Origin: Protoeuglena noctilucae
Lineage: Eukaryota
DNA length: 64,000 bases
NCBI GenBank assembly: GCA_958009085.1
Contig: OY253685.1
Coordinates: forward strand, 1-64,000
Reading direction: 5' to 3'
How positions within the stretch are numbered: position 1 is the first letter of the stretch; every line of letters begins with the position of its first letter. Below, piece by piece: positions 29,401 to 39,500 of the stretch. Both the position numbers and the translations under genes were made by a program. Under the pieces are notes generated by a model. The model saw nothing but the letters and a program-made list of their open reading frames with translations. It ran no database searches and had not been told where the DNA came from.

Positions 29401-32400
29401 CGCTGCCGTCGACGTCCCCTTCACCGTCACCTTCAACAGCGCCGCCGTCGTGGCCGCGTGCGTGAAGGCATCCGACGGGTCGGCCGCCGCCAAGCTCACG
29501 TGCGACAGCAAGCTGGGCCTCTACCAGGTGGACTTCACGCCCACGACGGCGGGGTCCCTGCGCTTCGACATGTACCTCAAGGGCAGCCAGCTGCTCGCCC
29601 CGGGGGGCAGCTCCTTCGCCATGACGGTGTTGGCCGGGGCGCCCTCGGGTGCGGCCGCGGGGGCCAAGGGCAGCGTCAGCCGCGTGTACTCGATTGGCCT
29701 CGACGCGGCGCTGCAGGGCGACCCCAACAACTACTTCGACGTGCAAGTGCTCGACCAGTACGGCAACCCGGTGGGGGTGCTGCCGTCGGGCTGGGACATC
29801 CAGACCACGCTCACGCTGCAGGGGTCGGGGCCGGACCTGTCGAAGGTCAACACGAAGCCGGGGCTGGTCGACGTCACCACCTCCACCTTCCGCGTCTTCG
29901 TCTCCTTCCCCACCAACACGACCGGGGCGCGCTACAACGTGACGGTGACGGTTCAGTTCACCAAGGACGGCAACCCGCAGGCGAACGGGTACGTGTGCCG
30001 CGCGGCCACGGACGTGTGCAGCCAGGGGTACAGCGTGGGGGTGTTTGCGGCCAACAGCGGGTCGGGCGTGCCGGCCAACTCGGTCGTCACAGACCAGATC
30101 GGCAACATCCTCACGCCGGGCGGCACGCCGCTCTCCGCCGTGGTGGGCGTGCCCGTGCAGATGAAGGTCATCGTCAGGGACGCCAACCTGGTCCCCACGG
30201 CCTCGTCGGTCGGCCTCACGTCCGCGTGGCTCGACTTCCCCACTGTGTCCCCCGCCTCTTTGGACCTGCGCGTCCCCGCCCTCACCAACGGCAGCGTCTT
30301 CACCTTCTCCTGGACCTCGGATGTCAGGGGCAGGCAGGTGGTGTACCTCACCGCCAACGGCCGCCAGCCCATCGGCCAGGACAGCGCCACGGGGGCGGGC
30401 GACGCGGGCATGTTCGTGGTGGAGTGGGCGGCGGAAGCGGCGACGAGCCAGGCGCAGTCGAGCGTGGCGCTGTCCGGGCCCCCCGCGTTGGGCGGCACGG
30501 TGGCGCAGGTGGCGGCCGGGGCGCCCTTGCACGTGGTGGTGCAGCCGCGCGACCAGTACGGCAACGCCCAGCCCTACCAGGCCACGGTGGGGCCGCGCCC
30601 CTTCACGGCGTCCCTCGTCAACGCGGCCACCAAGACCCCCACCGCCTGCCAGATCGCCCCCCAGCAGTCGTCCGGGTGGTACGACGTCATCTGCACCGCC
30701 ACCTCGGTCGGCACTTACTCTCTGCAAGTCCTCAACCAGGGGGCAGCGGCTTCTGCTTCTGATGCCCTCGCGCGCGTCCTCGGCCGCACCACCCTCGCCG
30801 TCACGGTGGTCGCGGGGCCCTACTCCCCCGCCGCCACCACGCTCGTCCCGGACGTGCGCACGGCCGCAGCACTGCCCGCCCGCGCCGGCGCTGCCTCCTC
30901 CGTCGTCGTGGTGCCCCTCGACGCTTACGGCAACGCCGTCACCACCTACGTCGCCCCGGCGCTGCAGCTGACGGCCGCGTCCCTCCCCTCGGGTGCGGAC
31001 GTCTCTGCCGCCCTCGACGCGTCCGTGCTGCCCTCTGCGGGGGGTCAGTTCTCCGCCACCTTCTTCGCCAACGCGTCCGGGTCGTACCTGCTCACCGTCA
31101 AGGAGGCCTCCTCCCCCGTGGTCATCGTGCGGCCTTTCTTGGTCACCGTCACGTCCGGTGCCGTCAGCGTGGCGTCCACGGTTCTGTCCGGGGCGGGGCT
31201 GGCGGGGGCCAAGGCCTCGTCGGACGCGGTGGTGTTCGTGCAGCTCTACGACAGCAGCCACAACCCCATGACGGACCCAACGAGCGTCCCAGCCATCACC
31301 GCCCAGATCAGCGCCCCCGGGCAGGCGCCCTCGGCCGACCAGTCCGCCCTCACCTACGCGGTCAGCACCGCGCAGGTGCCCGTGCAGGGCATCGCCACCC
31401 TCACCTACCGCGTCTCCGTGCCCGGCAGCTACGGCCTGCACATCTCGGTGGCAGGGGTCGAGGCGGCCGGGTCGCCCTTCGCCATCGCAGTGTCCAAGGC
31501 AGACGCCCCCGCGGTGGTCACCGGCTACCCCGCCTTCCGCCCCGACGGCGCATCCCTCGCGGTGCTCTTTGATGTCCCCACCAACCGCGGGGCGGCACCC
31601 GGCGCCTCCCCCACCAACGACTGCGCGACGATCTTCGACGCTGCCACCCTGGCCACGCTGGGGTCGCTGGCGGCCGGCAACTCCACCGTCTACGACTCCT
31701 CCTGCACCTGGCCCACCCCGCAGCAGCTCGTGGTGCTCCTCGGCACCGCTCCCACCCTGCGCCCCACGTCCCTCGACCCCACGGCCGCGGTGGCATTCAA
31801 GACAGGCGCCCTCACCAACAGCGCCGGCAACTCGTTCGCTGTCACGGGGCAGTACAAGGTGCTCGCCCCGTCCTCCACCCCCCAGCCGCGCGTCCGCATC
31901 AGCGCCCCCACCGTCATCGGTGTGTGCGACGACCTGGTGGTGGACGCGTCTGGGTCGAGGGGTGGGCTCGGGAGAGGGCTCACGTACGTGTTCGCTGTGC
32001 AGGGGTCCACGACGGCCGACACCACCAGCGCCGGCCAGGCCCTGCAGCTCACCGGCTCGGGGCAGGTCAACGCGTCGGCCGCCACGTCTGGGGTGTTCAC
32101 GGTCCCCTCCTCGTACCTCCGCGCCGGCGGCATCTACACGGTGACCGTGACCGTCACCAACTTCTTCGGCGCCGCCTCCCAGGCCCAGGGCAGCGTCACC
32201 GTCACGCGCCTGTCGGTTCCCGCCCCCCGTGTGGCCGTGAGGGGCGGCCTGTCTTCGCTCTCCATCGACCAGAGCCAGCCATTCGTGGTGGCCGCGGACG
32301 TGACGGCCATCGACCCGTCGCAGTGCGCCGGCACGCAGTTCACGAGCCTGTCCGCCTCGGCCACCAAGGCCATGACGTTCCAGTGGCAGCTCACCTCGGG

Positions 32401-35400
32401 CCCCGCCATCACCGCAGCCTCCTTCCCCAACCCCACCGCCTTCGCCGCCTACCAGGCGTCGCTGTCCTCCCGCGTCCTCAGCCTCCCCGGCAACGTGCTG
32501 CAGGCGGGGCAGACGTACACGTTCACCTTCACGGCCGCCCCCTCCACGGCCGGCATGGGCAGCTACCAGGGGCAGACGGCCGTCACCATCGCCGTCACCT
32601 CCACCGCCATCCGCGCGCGCATCCTGGGCGGAGACGCCACGCTGCCCGCCGGGCTCCCCTTCAACGTCACCGCCGCCCCCGTCGACCCGGACGGCGCGCG
32701 TGACCCGGTCACAGGCGCCGCCACCCCCTTCACCTTCCAGTGGACCTGCGAGACGGTCGCGCCCGATGCGTCCGGGGTCTTGCAGACCACCGCCTCGTCG
32801 TGCTTCGGGTCCCCCCAGCAGGACTCGCTGGTGCTGCTGCCCCAGGCGACCGTGGCAGTCACGGCCGCCAACGCCGCGCTGCTCAAGGCCGGGTCGCAGT
32901 ACCGCTTCACGGCGCAGATTGCCAAGGAGCCCCTCGGCACCGGGCGCACCGCCTCCGTGTCTGTGCTGCGATCCATCGCGGCCGCAGTCACCGGCACCGC
33001 CCCCACGCACCAGGTGGCGATCCTCGCCCCAGCCAACCCGGAGATCTCCCCCGCTTCGGACCTCCTCCTCTTCGCCCGGGCAATCCCCCTCACCTCCGCG
33101 GGTGTGCCTGACCCCCCCAACGCCACCTTCACCTGGACGCTGGCGGCCGGGTCCGGTCCCATCGCGAGCGCCTCCACGGCCGCGTCGCTGTCGAGCGGGG
33201 TGCCCGGTCGCCGACTGCGGGTGCCCGCCGGGCAGCTGCAGGGCGGGCAGACGTACACCTTCCACTTAGCGGGTGGGGGCGTGGCGGCAGGGACGTCTGC
33301 CACCGTGTCGCTGACCGTGAGCCAGGCGCCGTGGGGCGGGGTGCTGTCGGTGACCACCGCGGCCACAGCCACAAGTGGGGCGTACGCGGAGGGGACGGCG
33401 GTGTTCTCCGCGAGTCTGGACAACTGGCAGGCGGCGCAGGGGGACCTGCCGCTCACGTACCAGTTCTCCGCCATTGACGCCGCGGGGGTGGCGGGGACCG
33501 GGACAACCCCCGCGTCGCTGACGGCGGCGCAGGTGGCGGCGCTGCGGGCGGCCAACAAGGAGCGGCTGCTGGTGCCGACGCCCACCGAGGTGTCCTCCGC
33601 GCAGTTCGTGTTGCCCGCCGGCACCTGGGTGGTGGTGGGGACGGTGACCAACGGGTGGGGCGCCACGACGCAGTTGCTGTTCACTGACAAGTACCTGCTA
33701 GTCGCGAGGGCGTCGGGGACGGGCCTGGCGCCCCGCCGGCGCCTGCACGCCACGTCCGGTCCCCTGACGGACGACGTGGGCCTTGCCAACGCGGCCAATG
33801 CGGAGTTGGATGCGACATTGGAGCCCTACATCGTGGCGGGGCAGCTGGACCGGGCGCTGCAGTACATGGGAGTGTACGCGGCCAAGTACGCGGCACCGAC
33901 CAACGCGGGGGCCTCCCCCGTGCCTGGCTGTTTAGGAACGGTGTCTCTGGCCACGGCCACCGAGCGCGTCGCCAAGCACTTGCTCACGATCGTGCAGGCG
34001 AGGAATGGGTGGGGGGGTCTGTTTATCACATGCGATTGTCCACCTGCCATGCCCTGCTGCCGTTGCACTTTCCGGACTCATGCTGCCGCACAGAACAAGC
34101 GAGCATGATGCTTCCCCATGTGCCCATCTCTCACCTATCACCCCCCCTCTCTTTCCGCAGACGCTGTCTTATTCCCAGGGTGTGCACGAGGAGGCTATGT
34201 GCGCGGCGGCAGACCTGACGCAGTACCCGCAAGAGCTGACCTCGGCAGCAGTGACAGCGGTGGCCACGGCCGCGGGGGCGCTGGTGAGCAGCGGGGTGGC
34301 GTCCTCCACCCCCCTCACCTCCCGCTCCCTTGAGTGCACCGCGCGCGCCCTCAACAACCTGGCGGCCGCCGCCACCTCCGCGTGCGGTGCGGGGCCGAAT
34401 GGGGCGGCAGACATCACCACGCTGTCCGCGGTCGCCTCCTCCCTCACGCGCGTGTTGCCGCTGATGGCCGACGCCCTGGTGGAGACGGATCCCCCCGTGT
34501 CGCACGCGTACGCACTGGTCGCGCTGTCGCTTTCCAAGGACCTTGCGGATGACTCTGGCACGGTCAGGCTGGCGCCCGCGGCCACGCTGGGGGCGAGGGG
34601 GCTGGCGATGGCGGCGGTGGGGGCGGGGACGGTGGGGGAGGTGGTGTCGCTGTCGGCGATGGTGGACGCGTCGGCATCCGACCCGACCATCGCGGCGCTG
34701 CTGCGTGGGGCCGGGTCGCCCTCGGCCGCGCAAGTGACGGTGCTGCAGCGGCAGATGGTGCCGCCGCCCCTGTCCACCACCTCCACGGCAGGCGCGGTGC
34801 CCCAGGCAGTGGCACTCGCACCTTTAACCCAGACATCGGTGACGCTTAGCCTGGGACCCGGGGGGGTGGCAGCCGTGGCAGCCAAGGGAACGTCGCGCCG
34901 CCGTCTGTCCCAGGCGTTCACTGCCGCTATTGCCTACCTCCACAACGGCGCATTGGCCACCCTTGGGCTGGGCACGGACACTGTGACGGGGGACGCGGTC
35001 ACCACCACCTACGCCTCGCTGACGCCCGTGCCAGACACGTCGCTCAGGTCAGTGTCGACTGTCAGTAACTGCTGCAGCAGGGTTAGCCAGGCTGTTTAAA
35101 GTAGATCACAATATATATATAATCTCATTTAACAGCACTCCTCACCTTTCCCCCTCTCCTCCCATGCAGTGACTCTACGCGCAACGTGGGCACGCTCGTG
35201 TTTGCCGCCAAGGCCGTCCCCACCACCGTCGCCAGCACCCCCAAGTCCACCGGCACGCCTGCGCCGTCCGACACACCCGCGGCCACGGTGAGTGGCGGAT
35301 GCGATGCGATGTGCGTTGCCTGATAGCTGTGTGCAATGGAGAGTTGCATAGGGTGGCACCACTCGGTGTGCCACTAATTGTCATCACATCACAAGCAACC

Positions 35401-35973
35401 TAACCCACCCCTTCTTCCCCCCGCAGCCCTCGTCGGGCGGATCGGTCAACGCCGCCGTGCAGTGGCTGTCGACGCACGCGGGTGCCGTGGCGGGCATCGC
35501 GGTCGCACTTGCCGTGGTGCTGGCGGCTGCCACGGCCGCGTTCGTGGTCGTGCAGCGTCGCCGCCGCCGTGTGCGGGTGGTGCCGGAGCCGTCGCCGCCC
35601 TCCAAGCCAGAGAGCATGGAGGTGAGGGTGGGTGGGGTGGTTGCTGTCACTCTCATTCGTGCGCAGCACTGCCCTCTTGACAGTGCCCCTCTGTTTCAAT
35701 GCCTCGCGGTGCCACTACTGCCCTTGCCTCACTGCCTGGCTGTGTCGATGCCCAACTGTGTCATTACTGCCTCGTTACCGTCTCACCCCCCCTCCCCTTC
35801 ACTCAAACACGCAGAGCAAGGCGGTGGTGGCGGTGGCGGTGGCGAAGAAGGAAAGCAAGGAGGTGTCGCTGGTGGGCAACGAGGACATGTACCTGCCTGG
35901 GACGCCTAAGGGGGCGAGGAGGCCGCGGGCATTCGAGTACTCGGACTCGGACTCGGACAACGACTATGTGTGA
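14438..35973 (+). CDS. Giant (~6,700 aa) type I membrane protein: signal peptide, cadherin-like beta-sandwiches, putative beta-propeller, ~25 filamin/Ig-like repeats, PKD/REJ-like region, single TM; frameshift near 22567
   Basis: Signal-like FFALATLLTLLRGAFA; motifs such as ANAQLSALAL...LSPTF; about 25 D-x-(Y/F/N)-G-N-type repeats with GSPF motifs; APTVIGVCDDLVVDASGS and later REJ-like segments (~31900-33690); TM AVAGIAVALAVVLAAATAAFVVV followed by RRRRR; short acidic tail. Approximate introns: 14556-14649, 15161-15250, 15467-15549, 15899-15983, 19822-19929, 33998-34160 (GC), 35048-35169, 35288-35425, 35622-~35814. Confidence 0.85.
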
Positions 35974-36598
35974 GGGTGTCTCATCTCTTGTGGGGAGATC
36001 AAAGAGAGTGGGGTGGGTGGGCAGCGAGTGGGATGGGCCCTGGATGTGGATGCAGTCGACTGTGTCTGGGCTCACCACGACAGCGACTGTGGCTGTGACG
36101 CGTGATCGAAGTGATCCAAGTGATCGGAGTGATAGGAGTGTTATGTGGTCAGTTCCCTTTCCGCCACTTTCTGACACTGACATGTGGCGGTGCCCGGCGC
36201 GGGATGGGGAGCAAGGTGGTGGGCGGTGTGGCATAGACAATGGTTGATGCGGTAGTTGGCGGGACTAGATGGGAGAGGGACAGTGCCTGGCATGGGGTTA
36301 GCTATCGCGTCTGTGTGGCGGCATCTGCTGCCGCGCGGGGGGATGCCGGGTTGCAGTCTCCGATCCCTGTTCTTGCCCCCATGATTTTCGTTCATATGAT
36401 ATGATATGCGAGTATCTAGAGCCACAAGGGTGGTTGGGCGGCGGTGGGCCGACTAGTGGGTGCCCGGCCGGGCACGCCTGATTTGAATGGTCGTGATATG
36501 ACGATGATCAACTGAAGACAGAGCAAACCATACTAAGAGACACAGCTGCGTCGCTGGCCTGTCTCGATGTCGTGATCGTGGATGCGCATGCTCTCCCC

Positions 36599-39500
36599 TC
36601 ACGGCGCCCCCCCCTCGTCGGGCGGCTGCATCAGCCACAGCTTGGCCGTGCCGTCCTCCCCAGCACTGCAACGGGCGAGGAGAGATGCCAGTGTTGACAA
36701 TGACCGAATTGTTAACAATGCGAATGGTAACAAGTACCAACAAGTACCATGGGAGTGTTAGCAAACCCCCGAATGCAAAGACCGCTCTCGCCACTCCACC
36801 ACTCCCCCCATTCTCCCCTCGCCTGAGCATGCCGAAGGGCGTGAGCTGCAGCGCCGACACGCGGCACCCCACGCGCCCCTCCCCCCGCGCATCGCCCGCC
36901 CCCGACAGCCGCTCCAACACCGAGGGCCTCCGCCAGTGAGCCGTGGGCACCAAGTACACCTCCTCCGTCGTCGTCGCGTCCCACACGCACAGGGCCCCCG
37001 TCGACGTCGCTGCCGCAAGCACCGGCACCTCCGCCCCCCGCACGCGCAGAGTGCCCGCAGCCAAGTGCTCCACGCTGCCCACGCCACGCACTCCCCCGGG
37101 TAAGGAAGGGGAGAGGGTGGATATGGGAGTGGGTGCGTCCTCGGTGCCCAGCCGCCGCATGTCCCAGGCAGCCACCACCCCGTCCGCGCCCCCCGTGTAA
37201 AACACGACAGTGGACGACGACGCGCACAGACACCGGCAGGCACCCGCGTGCGCCGCCAGCACCGCCGCCGGCTGCGGCTGCGGGGCGCCGGTGTCCCAGG
37301 CAGCGACGGTGCGGCCCTGCTGCCCCAGGCCGGCGGTGAGAAGCACGGTGCTGCTGGCACCGAGGAACGACACGGCCGCGCCACGCCGACTGAAGCAGCG
37401 GTGCGACCAGAGGGGCGGGACGGCAGGGGACGCATCAGTTGCGTAAGCGTGAGCGTGGGCGCTTGCGTGAACGCCACCCCTGGCATACGACCCCACCCCC
37501 GCCTCCACGCTCCACACCGCACATGTGCCCGTTTCCAGAATGCCGGCCACCGACTGCCCGCATCGACTGAACGCCACGCACGCTACTTGAGCGAAGGGGT
37601 CCTGGGCAAAGCGGGGACGCTCGGCCTGCAAAAGGGGGGACGTCAGTGGCGCATGGGTGAGTGAGCGTCGGCGCATGGGCATGCAGTTGCGTTCGTTACA
37701 TCCATTGCACATTGTACATTCCATTCGACACATGTATATATTACAAAGCGACATACGCATACCCCTACCAACCCTCACCTCGCTGGGCGTGTGGAAGGCC
37801 AGCACCCCCGACGCCTCCCTTCCCTGCCCTGATTCGAATCGCCACAGCGCCGCGCGGGCACCCGATGCCCCCGTGGCGAGGATGGGCTCCGAGGGGTGCG
37901 ATTCCAGCGCAGAGGTGAGGAGGCGGGCAGCGCGGACGGTGGGGGTGCGGTGGGGGGCGAACGGGTCGGTGGGGGCGGGGGTGGCTGTGCCGAGGATGTG
38001 GGATGCCAAGGTGCTGCCGAGGGACGCGCGGTGGAGGTGCGAGTGGTGGGGGTGGAGGTGGGAGTGGGGGGAGTGGGGGTGGTTGGCCGTGGTGGTGCGG
38101 TGGGCATGCGCATGCGAGTGGTGGGGGGTGGTGGGGGTGGACGGGGCGGTGGCGGTGTGGTGTGGGTCGTGGGGGGATGACTTGAATGACCCAGCTGGCG
38201 ACTTGTTGGATTTGAATGACCCTGCCGGTGACTTGGATGCTGCGTTGAGGAACATGCCCTGCACTGCTTGGAAGAAGGACGCCGAGCGGACCATGTGGGA
38301 GGAGAGGAGCCTGCGTGTGAGGGGGATGGGTGAGGGGGTGAGTAGATGTAAGAGTAGATGGGAGAGTGGGCATGTGGGAGGAGAGGAGCCTGGGAGGGGG
38401 AGGGAGAGGGGGTGAGTAGATGTGAGAGTGGGCATGCATGGGTCATGTCTGGGGTGTGAGAGAGGCAGAGAACGGGGCAGGTATGTGTCGCATTGTCTTT
38501 GCGTGTATCGACACGGCAGCATAGCAAGCAAACATTCGTCCAATCATCTCCACCCCCTCGCCTTCTGGCGTGGTCCCACGCTTCCCGCGCCTGCTGCGGC
38601 ATCTCCGTCACGGTGAGCCCCTGCCCCGCAGAGCAACGGGCCAAAAGGGGAGGGGCGTCGCCTGGCCGCGTGGAGGAGGAGAGGCGGGCGGAGAGCAGTG
38701 GCTCGCGAAGGGCAACGCAGCGGAAGGCGCGGAGGGGGGGGAGGTGGCGGTGAACGACGGGCTCGGCCCTGGGGGGAGGGGAGAGGGGGTGTGGGTGTGG
38801 GGGTAGCAGTGCGGGTGTGGGTAGCAGTGGGGGTAGCAGTGCGGGTGTGGGTAGCAGTGTGGGTAGCAGTGCGGGTGTGGGTAGCAGTGGGGGTAGCAGT
38901 GCGGGTGTGGGTAGCAGTGTGGGTAGCAGTGCGGGTGTGGGTATCCAAGAGGGGGTGTCTGCATACAGTGCATGTCCCCCAGTCACTCACCATCCAGAGA
39001 GTGTGGTGGAGAAGCTCGCACTGCTGGCGCCTGCCAGGTGGGCGTGGCGGGCGCGGCGTCGTCGTCGTATGCGGGCGGCCAGGGTGGCAGCCGCTGCGTC
39101 GGTGAGGGCCAGGGCGCGGGTGCGGGCGTGGCGGAGGGCGTCGGAGAGGAAGGGGTCGGAGGGGCTGGGGAAGATGGGGAGGGGGGGGTCGGTGGTGGTA
39201 ATCCTTTGGAGGAAGTGGTCGCTGACGCACACACGCAAAGTCAAGGTCACAATCACACTCGCAGACACAGTTGCAGTGACAGTCATCACAGTCACAGTCA
39301 TCACATGCCCTCACCCCGCGTCCCCCGCCACTGCGGCCCACAGCGCCCCCTCCAGCCGACCCAGCACTCGTCCCGCCAACCCCGATCCCTTCACCACTCC
39401 CTCCCCCAATTCGCAATTCGGGTCCATCGCCGCCAGGTACGCCACCCTCCCCGCTGCTCGCCCCACCGCCCCTGCCGCGCACCCCGCCCCCGCCCCCCTC

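Noticed and set aside
28658..33265. 1535 aa antisense ORF (also 16533-19835, 19989-22409, 6490-8319)
   Set aside because: Shadow ORFs from high GC3 codon bias on the opposite strand; Arg/Gly/His-rich with no motifs.
38801..38943. Repeat as a CRISPR array, or as a (HCYPHP)n protein
   Set aside because: No unique spacers or cas genes, eukaryotic context, and it lies inside a Rav1 intron.
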